From assembly GCA_050950285.1 (NCBI GenBank), contig JBMNHG010000003.1, forward strand, positions 802,337 through 848,977: a stretch of 46,641 nucleotides of DNA, written 5' to 3'. The notes beneath the pieces were generated by a model that saw nothing but the letters and a program-made list of their open reading frames with translations, did not search any database and was not told the DNA's origin. Numbering within the stretch: position 1 is the stretch's first letter; each line of letters opens with the position of its first letter. Positions 9,927 to 18,769 of the stretch are shown in pieces. The translations under genes were made by a program, and so were the position numbers. This DNA comes from Kiritimatiellia bacterium. Lineage in GTDB: Bacteria > Verrucomicrobiota > Kiritimatiellia > RFP12 > JBMNHG01.

Positions 9927-12900
9927 TCACTGTGCCAAAACCCGCAGGAAAACACGGGGTTCATCCGTGGCAAAAGGCACGGTAAGCGTCATGCCGTCGC
10001 GCACGGTTCCGGGAAGCGTCGTCCAGGCGGCTTCCGTGAGGTTGGTGCAGTACTGAACCTCGAACGCCGTTACCGTGTTGGTCCAGGCGTCAAAGAGATC
10101 GGGCGGGAGCCTTTCGGCAAGCGTGAAGGTAGCCGTGTTATCCGCCAGCTCGAAGGCGGCGATCGCGAAATAGTGGGTTGTCGCCGCCGCATCCGCGTTC
10201 GCGACGGTCGCGACATAGGGCACGCCGTTCACGATGAAGACATAGTCGCCGTTCGGCAACCAGAGGTAGACCGTGCCGTTTTCGTCGGCGAAGAGGTCGT
10301 CCGTGCCGTAGCCCTCCGGTAGCCCCTCGAATTCCGGCACCGCCGCGTCGGGCGCGAAGACTGGGAAGGTTACGCACCAGATGCGCTCCGTGCCGTTGGA
10401 GGGCGCGAGGGCGATGGTGTCGTTCGCGAGGCGGATCGAGCCGCCGGTAAAGGTGTTCGCGCCGGAGTCTGAAGCTTTGGCGCCGGGGCCGATGTCCGCG
10501 CCGCCTACGCCCGTGGCGAAGATGGTGCCGCCGGAGACGGTCAACGAGCCGCCCTTGCCGCCGGTGTTGCCACCGCCGCCGCCGATGCCCGCGCCGCCGT
10601 CGCCGCCGGTTGCCGTGATCACACCGCCCGAGACCGTGAGAGCAAGCCCCGAGTTGCTGAGGCCGCCGCCGATGCCCGCGCCGGCGGTGCCACCCTGCGC
10701 GACGACCGTGCCGCCGGAGACCGTCATCGTCACAGTGCTGTTGTAGGCGTTGCCGCCACCGCCGATACCAGCGGCATCGGCACCGCCCGTTGCGGTCACA
10801 TGGCCGCCGGAGATGGTCAGCGTCCCCTTGAACACCCCGTTTACGCCGCTGCCGATGCCCGCGCCACGATAGCCGCCCTGCGCCGTCACCGTGCCGCCGG
10901 AGATATCGATCACCGCGTTCCCGCTCGATCCCTGACAACCGCCGCCGATGCCGGCGCCATTTTCACCACCCGTTGCCGTCAGCGCGCCGCCGGAGAGTGT
11001 CAGCGCGCCGCCCGTGCCGCGGTCGCCGCCGCCGACACCTGCACCGCGATAGCCGCCCGCGGCCGTCACGTTGCCGCCGGCAATCTCGACCGTGCCGCCT
11101 GCGTTTCTAAAACTGCCGCCGATGCCTGCGGCGTAGTCGCCGCCGGTTGCCGTCAGTGTGGCCGCGTCGTCGCCGGGCGCGTTGGTGATGCAGAGCGTCT
11201 GGTTGGCCAGCACCTCGATGCCCGCGCGATGCTCCCCCGAGACGAGCGCATTTGCCCCCGCAAGGCAGAGCGAAGCGCGCGACCACTTCCCCATGGAGAA
11301 GGCGCTCCGGCCCGTGCCCGTCACCCGTAGGTTCAGGTTCGCCAGCGTGACGCTGTTGGTCGTGCGGTCCGGCAGGACGACGGAGACCGCGCCGACCATG
11401 TTCGTGCCGGCGAGCGTGAAGGGGCCCGCGCCGGAGAGCGTCAGAACGCGATCCGCCGGGGCGTAGCTCCATCCGGCGACGGCGTTCGTCGAGCCGAAGG
11501 CGACCTCCTCGCCGTTGACCGTCACGCCGACCGGCCCCACGCCATTGGTCACCGATCCGGTACAGGCGCGCCCGTTCGCGGTGAAGGCGTGGACACCGTC
11601 AGGCAGCCAGAGGTAAATCGTGCCGTCGTCGTCGGCAACGATGTCATTCGCGCCGTAGGGCTCGGCACCGGAGAGGAGCGGGCCGACCTCGACCGCCCCG
11701 CCCGGGGCGAAGCCGCCTGCCATCACACAGGCCACCCGCGCCGCGGCGTTGGAGGGCACGGGGGAGATAGCGGAGTTCGCGAGGCGGATCGAGCCGCCGG
11801 TGAAGAGGTTCGTGCCGAAGCCCGTACACTGTTGCCCCGCCCCGATATCTTCGCCGCCGCCGGCGCCTGTCGCGAAGACCGTGCCGCCGGAAATCTTCAG
11901 GATAGCACCCGCGCCGCGGTAGCCGCCGCCGATGCCTGCCGCACCGTAGTAGTAGTTGTTGTTGTCGCGATAGAACCCGCCCGTCGCCGTCACCCTGCCG
12001 CCGGAGATGGTCACCTCGCCGCCCGCGCCGCCGTCGCGATAGCCATCGCCGCCGCCACCGCCGATGCCGGGGGCGCGCTGGCCGCCCGTCGCGACAACCG
12101 TGCCGTCCGAAATCTCGACCACAGGACCGGCACCGCCGCGGCCGCCGCCGCCGATGCCCGCGGCGCACCGCCCGCCCGCCGCGATGACCGCACCGCCGGA
12201 GATCGTCACCGTGCCGCCCGCGCCGCCGTCACTAGAAAAGGATCCACCGCCGCCGATGCCCGCACCCCCTTGCGAACCGCCAGTCGCCGTCACCGTGCCG
12301 CCGGAGACGTTCACCACGCCGCCCGTGCCGCTGTTTCCGCCGCCGATGCCCGCAGCGTAGTAATTGCCTGTTGCCGTGACTGTGCCACCGGAGATCGTCA
12401 CCGTGCCACCGTGGCCACCGTTACCGCCACCGATGCCTGTAGCGTTGCTGTTACCCATCGCGTGGACATCGCCGCCGGAAATCTCCACCGTTCCGCCGTT
12501 ACCGCCGTTGCCGCCGCCGATGCCGGTGCCACCGTTTGCGCCGCCCGTCGCGGAGATCGTGCCGCCGGAAATCGTCACCGTGCCGCCGTCGCCGCCGCTG
12601 CCGCCGCCAATGCCGGCACCATAGCCGCCGCCGGTCGCCGTCACCTCGCCGCCCGTGATGGTCACGACACCGCCCGCGCCGCCGATGGCCTGATAGGCGC
12701 CGCCGCCGCCGATGCCCGCGGCATAGCCGCTGCCCGACGCCGTGACCGTGCCGCCGGAGATGGTCACCGTGCCGCCATCACAAGTGGCACCTTCGCCACC
12801 GCCGATGCCTGCGCTGTTGTTGCCACCTGTTGCCTTAACCGCGCCGCCGGAAATCGTCACCGTCCCGCACGCACTGGAGGATCTGCCGCCGATGCCCGCG

Positions 12901-13361
12901 CCGCGCGAGCCCTTGACGACGAGCGCGGCTGCTTCGTCGCCGGGGGCGTTGGTGATCGAGAGCGACGCGCCCGGCGGGACTTCGATGCCCGCATAGCTCG
13001 AATCCAGCGTGCTCGTCCCCGCCAGAAGCAGCGTGACGCAGGCGTTCGTCTCCAGCACAAAGACGCCTTGGGTGGCGCCTGTCGCCCAGAGCTTCAGATC
13101 CACCAGCGTGACGGTGTTGGTCACTTCCTGCGGGACGGCGATCATCACCTGCCTCATGTTGTTCGTGCCGGCGATCGTGAAGGGGCCGGCACCGGAAAGC
13201 GTGAGCGTGGGCGAGGCGTACGCCCAGCCATCGCCGGACGAGCCGGCGGAGTCGAGCATGTCGCCGTTGACGGTGACGCCGACGGGCCCGGCCGTTGCGG
13301 CGGCGGCGATGCAGGCGATGAAAAAGGCGGGGAGGAGAGGGCGGAAGGGTTGCTTTTTCAC
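9927..13361 (-). CDS. Secreted Gly-rich repeat modular surface protein, paralog 4
   Basis: Probable GTG start at 13361 (VKKQPFRPLLPAFFIACIAAAATA). Two repeat modules. C-terminal ~120 aa nearly identical to paralog 2. Confidence 0.85.
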   Translation of the reverse strand: MKKQPFRPLLPAFFIACIAAAATAGPVGVTVNGDMLDSAGSSGDGWAYASPTLTLSGAGPFTIAGTNNMRQVMIAVPQEVTNTVTLVDLKLWATGATQGVFVLETNACVTLLLAGTSTLDSSYAGIEVPPGASLSITNAPGDEAAALVVKGSRGAGIGGRSSSACGTVTISGGAVKATGGNNSAGIGGGEGATCDGGTVTISGGTVTASGSGYAAGIGGGGAYQAIGGAGGVVTITGGEVTATGGGYGAGIGGGSGGDGGTVTISGGTISATGGANGGTGIGGGNGGNGGTVEISGGDVHAMGNSNATGIGGGNGGHGGTVTISGGTVTATGNYYAAGIGGGNSGTGGVVNVSGGTVTATGGSQGGAGIGGGGSFSSDGGAGGTVTISGGAVIAAGGRCAAGIGGGGRGGAGPVVEISDGTVVATGGQRAPGIGGGGGDGYRDGGAGGEVTISGGRVTATGGFYRDNNNYYYGAAGIGGGYRGAGAILKISGGTVFATGAGGGEDIGAGQQCTGFGTNLFTGGSIRLANSAISPVPSNAAARVACVMAGGFAPGGAVEVGPLLSGAEPYGANDIVADDDGTIYLWLPDGVHAFTANGRACTGSVTNGVGPVGVTVNGEEVAFGSTNAVAGWSYAPADRVLTLSGAGPFTLAGTNMVGAVSVVLPDRTTNSVTLANLNLRVTGTGRSAFSMGKWSRASLCLAGANALVSGEHRAGIEVLANQTLCITNAPGDDAATLTATGGDYAAGIGGSFRNAGGTVEIAGGNVTAAGGYRGAGVGGGDRGTGGALTLSGGALTATGGENGAGIGGGCQGSSGNAVIDISGGTVTAQGGYRGAGIGSGVNGVFKGTLTISGGHVTATGGADAAGIGGGGNAYNSTVTMTVSGGTVVAQGGTAGAGIGGGLSNSGLALTVSGGVITATGGDGGAGIGGGGGNTGGKGGSLTVSGGTIFATGVGGADIGPGAKASDSGANTFTGGSIRLANDTIALAPSNGTERIWCVTFPVFAPDAAVPEFEGLPEGYGTDDLFADENGTVYLWLPNGDYVFIVNGVPYVATVANADAAATTHYFAIAAFELADNTATFTLAERLPPDLFDAWTNTVTAFEVQYCTNLTEAAWTTLPGTVRDGMTLTVPFATDEPRVFLRVLAQ

Positions 13362-13481
13362 GGTGTTGTTTCTGTCAGGCGGGGGTGGAGTTCGGGCTCT
13401 GCGGACTGCAGAACACGCAAAACCAACTGATGTGTTGTTGCTTGTGATCCTCGGGGCGGGAACAACTTGCAGGGCGCGAGC

Positions 13482-13510
13482 ATTATAGGGTAATCGGGAA
13501 AGCAAGGCAA
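13482..13510 (-). promoter_or_regulatory. Sigma70-like promoter for paralog 4 (and possibly 3)
   Basis: TTGCCT-N17-TATAAT on the minus strand, ~120 bp upstream of the start. Confidence 0.6.
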
Positions 13511-13729
13511 CCGACGAGGGAAAAGGGAAGGGAAGAGGGAGGGAAGGTTCGCCGTCTTCGGCAGCTAAAGAGCCGCGCGGGGAGACTGCAAGCGGACAAC
13601 CGCAAAGCCCGCACGCGCCATCGCGCCGCCATCGCGCGGCGCCCTGAACTGCGGGTTGTTGCAACCCCGGGTGGCCTGTGGTATCCTATTCCTTTCCCAT
13701 TCCCCTCATTTTCGTTTGGAGAAATCCCC

Positions 13730-14299
13730 ATGTCGGACAAGAATCAGGACAAACTTGGCGAACGGATCCGGATGTATCGCGAGCGCCTTGAAATGGACGA
13801 GCAGGCGCTCGCCGCGAAGGCCGGAGTCGGCGTGGACGTGGTGCGCGCCGTCGAGTCCGGCGACGTCTATCCCGCGCTCGGCGTGCTCGTGAAGCTCTCC
13901 CGCGCCCTCGGGCAGCGCCTGGGCACCTTCATGGACGACCAGTTCACCCCCGACCCCATCGTGGTGCGCCACGACAAGCGCACCGAGGACGGCATCACGC
14001 ACAAGAAGGCCGGCCCCGGCCCCGGCTTCCACTACTATCCGCTCGGACGCGGCAAGACCGATCGCCACATCGACCCCTTCTACATCGAAATCGACGAGGA
14101 TGCCCCCGCCGCTCTCTCCTCCCACGAGGGCGAGGAGCTCATCATCGTCGTCTCCGGCGAGGTCGAGCTCGTCTACGGCCAGGAATCGCAAATCCTCAAG
14201 CCCGGCGATTCCGCCTTCTACAACTCCGTGGTGAAGCACATCGTCCGCTCCCACAACGGTCCGGCCACCATCTACGCGGCCATCTTCGTGCCCTTCTGA
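13730..14299 (+). CDS. XRE-family HTH transcriptional regulator with cupin domain
   Basis: N-terminal LGERIRMYRE..LAAKAGV..VESG..P HTH; C-terminal SHEGEELIIVVSGEVE..LKPGDSAFYNS..H cupin. Typical partner of an AMP-binding enzyme. Confidence 0.9.
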   Translation: MSDKNQDKLGERIRMYRERLEMDEQALAAKAGVGVDVVRAVESGDVYPALGVLVKLSRALGQRLGTFMDDQFTPDPIVVRHDKRTEDGITHKKAGPGPGFHYYPLGRGKTDRHIDPFYIEIDEDAPAALSSHEGEELIIVVSGEVELVYGQESQILKPGDSAFYNSVVKHIVRSHNGPATIYAAIFVPF

Positions 14300-14369
14300 T
14301 GGGCCGGGCGAAGAGACGCCCCATTCCCCCTTGCGCCGCCACGCTTCATCCCCAATCCCCGGAAGCCCC

Positions 14370-16100
14370 ATGTTCAAGTTGACAGATCCCTTCGGCAGTG
14401 CGCCGGACACGCCACCCTTCACGCAGTCGGTCTCGACCGGCGTGCCGTGGAACGGCCTGCCCATCACGCGCGACTATACGCTCGGCCAGTTGCTCGACCA
14501 GACCATCGCCCGGTGCGGGCCGCAGGACGCCCTCGTCTATGCGGACCGCGACTACCGCCTCACGTGGTACGAGTTCGGGGAGTCGGTGGACCGCCTCGCC
14601 CGCGGGCTCATGGCCCTCGGCGTGAAGCGCGGCGAGAAGGTCGCCCTCTGGGCCACGAACGTGCCGCACTGGATTTCGCTCATGTTCGCCACCGCGAAAA
14701 TCGGGGCGATCCTCCTGCCGCTCAACATCCACTACAAGGAGACGGAGATCGACTTCGCCCTCAAGCAGTCGGATGCCGAGAACCTCTTCGTCATCAACGG
14801 CTATCGCGACTGCGACTACCTGAGCGTGCTCTACAAGCTCATCCCCGAATTGCGCGAGCAGCCCCGCGGCGAACTCCGGTCCGCCCGCTATCCCTGCCTC
14901 AAGCGCGTGATGTTCCTCGGCCCCGAAAAGCATCGCGGAATGTATTCGCTGAACGAGGTGCTCGCCCTCGCCGTGGAAGTCCCCATGGAGGACTACTATG
15001 CCCGCCAGCGCGAGGTGCATCCGGACGATGTCGTGAACATGCAGTACACGTCGGGCACCACCGGGTTCCCGAAGGGCGTCCAGCTCACCCACAACAACAT
15101 CGGGAACGACGGCTTCTGGATCGGCGCCTGCCAGAACCTCTCCGCGCGGGACCGCGTCTGCATCCCCGTCCCGCTCTTCCACTGCTTCGGCTGCGTGCTT
15201 GGCGTGATGAGCTGCGTGAACCACGGCTCCACGATGGTGGTGCTCGAAAACTTCGACGCCGTCAACGTGATGATGTCCATCGAGAAGGAACGGTGTACCG
15301 CCGCCTACGGCGTTCCCACGATGTACATCGCCATCCTCGACCATCCCGCCTTCCACAAGTTCGACTTCTCCTCCCTCCGCACCGGCATCATGTCCGGCTC
15401 CGCCTGCCCCACCCACCGCATGGAGCAGTGCGTGGAGCTGATGAACATGCGCGAGGTGACCAACCCCTACGGACTCACCGAGTCCGGCCCCGTGGTGACG
15501 ATGACCCGCTACTTCGAGCCCTCCATCGAACGCAAGTGCGCCACCATCGGCCAGGCGCTCCCCGGCATCGAGGTGGCCATCATCGATCCCGAAAGCGGCG
15601 AGATCGCCCCGGTGGGCGTGCCCGGCGAAATCTGCTGCCGCGGCTTCAACACGATGAAGGGCTACTACAAGATGCCCGAGGAAACCGCGAAGTGCATCGA
15701 CGCCAACGGCTGGCTCCACTCCGGCGACATCGGCCACATGGACGCCGAGGGATACTTCTACATCACCTCGCGCCTGAAGGACCTCATCATCCGGGGCGGC
15801 GAGAACATCAGCCCCAAGGAGCTCGAGGACTTTCTCGGCCGCATGGAGGGCGTCCAGGACGTCGCCGTCGTGGGCGTGCCCTCGAAGAAGTACGGCGAGC
15901 AGCCCGGCGCCTTCATCATCCGCAAGCCCGGCTCGGACATCATCGAGGCCGACGTGCAGGACTTCTGCCGGGACAAGATCGCCTGGTTCAAGATCCCGAA
16001 GTATGTCCATTTCGTGGACAGCTATCCGATGACCGCCAGCCAGAAGATCCAGAAGTACAAGTTGCGCGAGCTGGCCGCCCGGCTCTGGCCCGACGCCTAG
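14370..16100 (+). CDS. AMP-binding acyl-CoA synthetase
   Basis: YTSGTTGFPKG, YGLTE, GWLHSGD and IIRGGENISP motifs; ATG at 14370. Confidence 0.92.
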   Translation: MFKLTDPFGSAPDTPPFTQSVSTGVPWNGLPITRDYTLGQLLDQTIARCGPQDALVYADRDYRLTWYEFGESVDRLARGLMALGVKRGEKVALWATNVPHWISLMFATAKIGAILLPLNIHYKETEIDFALKQSDAENLFVINGYRDCDYLSVLYKLIPELREQPRGELRSARYPCLKRVMFLGPEKHRGMYSLNEVLALAVEVPMEDYYARQREVHPDDVVNMQYTSGTTGFPKGVQLTHNNIGNDGFWIGACQNLSARDRVCIPVPLFHCFGCVLGVMSCVNHGSTMVVLENFDAVNVMMSIEKERCTAAYGVPTMYIAILDHPAFHKFDFSSLRTGIMSGSACPTHRMEQCVELMNMREVTNPYGLTESGPVVTMTRYFEPSIERKCATIGQALPGIEVAIIDPESGEIAPVGVPGEICCRGFNTMKGYYKMPEETAKCIDANGWLHSGDIGHMDAEGYFYITSRLKDLIIRGGENISPKELEDFLGRMEGVQDVAVVGVPSKKYGEQPGAFIIRKPGSDIIEADVQDFCRDKIAWFKIPKYVHFVDSYPMTASQKIQKYKLRELAARLWPDA

Positions 16101-16117
16101 CCCACCGGGAGGAGCCC

Positions 16118-17395
16118 ATGAAGGCATCCATCGACACCCTTTGCGTCCAAGGCGGCTGGCAGCCCGGGAACGGCGGCCCGCGCCAGCCCCCCATCGTCCA
16201 GTCCACCACCTTCCGCTATTCGTCCAGCGCCGCCATGGGCGCGCTCTTCGACCTCGAGGCCGAGGGGTACTTCTACACGCGGCTCGCCAATCCCACGAAC
16301 GACGCCGTCGCGCAGAAGATCTGCGACATGGAGGGCGGCGTCGCCGCGGTGCTCACCTCCTCGGGGCAGGCGGCGAACTTCTTCGCCATCTTCAACATCG
16401 CCCAGTGCGGCGACCACGTCGTCGCCTCCTCCGCCCTCTATGGAGGAACCTCGAACCTCTTCACCGTCACGATGAAGAAGATGGGCATCGAGGTCACGCT
16501 TCTCGACCCCGAATCCTCCGGGCCGGAGATCGACGCCGCGTTCCGGCCGAACACCAAGTGCGTCTTCGGCGAAACGCTCTCCAATCCGTCGCTCGCGGTG
16601 CTCGACATCGAGAAATGGGCCCGCGCAGCCCACGCCCGCGGCGTGCCGCTGATCGTGGACAACACCTTCGCGACGCCCGTGAACTGCCGCCCCTTCCAGT
16701 GGGGGGCGGACATCGTCACGCACTCCACGACCAAATACATGGACGGCCACGGCTCGGCCGTGGGCGGCGCCATCGTCGATTCCGGCGCCTTCGACTGGCT
16801 CGCCCACAAGGAGAAGTTCCCCGGCCTCTGCCGGCCCGACGACTCCTACCACGGCATCGTCTACGCCGAACGCTTCGGCAGGAAGGGGTACATCACGAAG
16901 TGCGTCGCGCAGCTGATGCGCGATCTCGGCGCAACCCCCGCGCCGATGAACTCGTACCTCCTGAACCTCGGCCTCGAATCGCTCCACGTGCGCGTCCCGC
17001 GCCATTGCGCCAACGCGCTCGCCGTCGCGCGATTCCTGGAGCAAAGCCCCGACGTGTCGTGGGTGAACTGCGCCATGCTCCCCTCGGACCCAGCCTATGG
17101 ACGGGCGCGGAAGTACATGCCGTCCGGCACCTGCGGCGTGCTCTCCTTCGGCCTGAAGGGAGGCCGCGATCGCGCCATCCGCTTCATGGACGCCCTCCGT
17201 TTCGTGGCCATCCAGACCCACGTGGCGGACGCCCGGAGCTGCATCCTCCATCCCGCCTCGCACACGCACCGCCAGCTTGCCGACGAACAGCTCGCCGCCG
17301 CCGGCGTCCCCCCGGACCTCGTGCGCCTCTCCTGCGGCATCGAGGACGCCGCCGACATCATCGCCGACCTCCGGCAGGCGCTCCAGCGCGGATAG
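16118..17395 (+). CDS. metY: O-acetylhomoserine aminocarboxypropyltransferase (sulfhydrylase)
   Basis: GGAGG RBS + ATG 16118 inside ORF 14447..17395. YTRLANPT, VDNTFATP, THSTTKY (PLP lysine), HPASHTH and RLSCGIE motifs. Confidence 0.88.
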   Translation: MKASIDTLCVQGGWQPGNGGPRQPPIVQSTTFRYSSSAAMGALFDLEAEGYFYTRLANPTNDAVAQKICDMEGGVAAVLTSSGQAANFFAIFNIAQCGDHVVASSALYGGTSNLFTVTMKKMGIEVTLLDPESSGPEIDAAFRPNTKCVFGETLSNPSLAVLDIEKWARAAHARGVPLIVDNTFATPVNCRPFQWGADIVTHSTTKYMDGHGSAVGGAIVDSGAFDWLAHKEKFPGLCRPDDSYHGIVYAERFGRKGYITKCVAQLMRDLGATPAPMNSYLLNLGLESLHVRVPRHCANALAVARFLEQSPDVSWVNCAMLPSDPAYGRARKYMPSGTCGVLSFGLKGGRDRAIRFMDALRFVAIQTHVADARSCILHPASHTHRQLADEQLAAAGVPPDLVRLSCGIEDAADIIADLRQALQRG

Positions 17396-17465
17396 CGGCG
17401 GGAATCCAACCCTCCCGCCGCGCTCTTCCCCGTAAACCCACCCCGTCCACCCTTCGAACCGAACC

Positions 17466-18209
17466 ATGAACGAACCCGGCGACCACGGCCTCTACGAGAA
17501 CATGCTCGACTGCATCGCCAAGGCCGGCGGGAAGATCCGCGGCTTCCTCTGGTACCAGGGATGCGCCGACACCTGTCCCGGCGCCGCCGAAAGCTACCTG
17601 AAACGCTTCTCCGATGCCGTCGGCTCGTGGCGCAAGGCGCTCGGCGGCGCGGAACTCCCCGTCGTCACCGTGCAGCTGAACCGCCTCACGAACGGCGAAG
17701 GCGACCACCACTGGTCCATCGTCCGCGAGGCCCAGCGCCGCGCGGCCCATGAAATCCCCGGCGTGGCCGTGGTGCCGTCCCTCGACCTCCCGCTCTCGGA
17801 TTTCATCCACACCTCCGCCATCGGGAACCTGGCCCTCGGCGCCCGCATGGCGCAGGCCGCCCTCGGCCTTGCCTACGGGAAGCCCGTCCCGTGGCGCCCC
17901 GCCGAAATCGCCTCCGCCCGCCGCTCCGCCGACGGCATGTCGGTCGAGCTGGCCTTCGACCACGTCGTCGATCGCGTCGGGACGATGGACGCCACCGGCA
18001 TCCCGTTCGTCGTGGACGACATCCCCGGCAACGTGCCGATCGCGGGGATCGACTACCCCGGCGGCCCCCGCGTCGTCATCCGCCTGCTCCGCCCCCTCCA
18101 GGGCCCCGCGACGGTCAGCGCCGGCGAAGGCCCCAATCCGCCGACGCTCCCGATGGACGTCGAGCGCCTCCTGCCCATCCTCGCCTTCCATGCCTTCCCC
18201 GTCGACTAG
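17466..18209 (+). CDS. Sialate O-acetylesterase (SASA/SGNH)-like protein, apparently N-terminally truncated
   Basis: LWYQG, VTVQL, VREAQ and DxxH (DFIH) are present; the GQSN nucleophile block is absent. Confidence 0.6.
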   Translation: MNEPGDHGLYENMLDCIAKAGGKIRGFLWYQGCADTCPGAAESYLKRFSDAVGSWRKALGGAELPVVTVQLNRLTNGEGDHHWSIVREAQRRAAHEIPGVAVVPSLDLPLSDFIHTSAIGNLALGARMAQAALGLAYGKPVPWRPAEIASARRSADGMSVELAFDHVVDRVGTMDATGIPFVVDDIPGNVPIAGIDYPGGPRVVIRLLRPLQGPATVSAGEGPNPPTLPMDVERLLPILAFHAFPVD

Positions 18210-18222
18210 ACCGGGCCGCAGG

Positions 18223-18711
18223 TTGACACGTCTGCGGCTCCGCCCCTTCTCCGTCCGGCCTCGTGCCTGGCGGAAGGCGTCCGCCGCCGGTTTCACGCTG
18301 GTGGAGGCCTTGGTCGCGGTCGCGCTTCTCGCCATCGCGCTCGTGCCGATTCTTTCCACGGCGGATCGGCTCCTCGCGGCGTCCCGCCGCGCCGGACGGC
18401 GCGCCGCGCTCCACGATGCCGCCGAGGCGCACCTCGCGGACGCGATCGCGCGGCTGGACCGCCGTTCCCCCGGGGACGTCGCGGCTCCGACGGACGCCTC
18501 CGCCGCCCTCCCCGACGGCTGGCGCGAGTCGGGCGTCGTGCCCGGCGGCGCCCTCTGGACGCTCCATGCGCGTCCGGTGGACGTCGCCCCCGGCGGCATC
18601 CAGCGGTGGCGCATCGAAGTGGACGTGCGCGGTCCGGAAGGCCGCTGCTCCGTCTGCCGGGAACGCCTCGTCGCCCCGCGCGAACCCCCGCCACCCCCTG
18701 CATCCGATTAA
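18223..18711 (+). CDS. Prepilin-type N-terminal methylation domain protein (pseudopilin-like); start uncertain
   Basis: Class III signal G|FTLVEALVAVALLAIAL in the frame of ORF 17749..18711; TTG at 18223 just after the upstream stop. Confidence 0.65.
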   Translation: MTRLRLRPFSVRPRAWRKASAAGFTLVEALVAVALLAIALVPILSTADRLLAASRRAGRRAALHDAAEAHLADAIARLDRRSPGDVAAPTDASAALPDGWRESGVVPGGALWTLHARPVDVAPGGIQRWRIEVDVRGPEGRCSVCRERLVAPREPPPPPASD

Positions 18712-18734
18712 AAAAAACGGCGCGCCGTTTTTTT
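18711..18734. terminator. Palindrome with A/T tails, possible bidirectional intrinsic terminator
   Basis: aaaaaaacggcg|cgccgttttttt is a perfect inverted repeat. Confidence 0.45.
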
Positions 18735-18769
18735 CGCGGCGCCCCGGAACCCTCCGGAGGATCCCCACC

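Noticed and set aside
1..13361. Gly-rich genes as additional DGR targets, PE-PGRS or collagen-like proteins
   Set aside because: No TR-like segment seen at their 3' ends, no PE domain, and no Gly-X-Y periodicity.
14447..17395. 982-aa ORF as a fusion protein
   Set aside because: Its first half is an off-frame overlap of the acyl-CoA ligase; metY has its own RBS and ATG at 16118.
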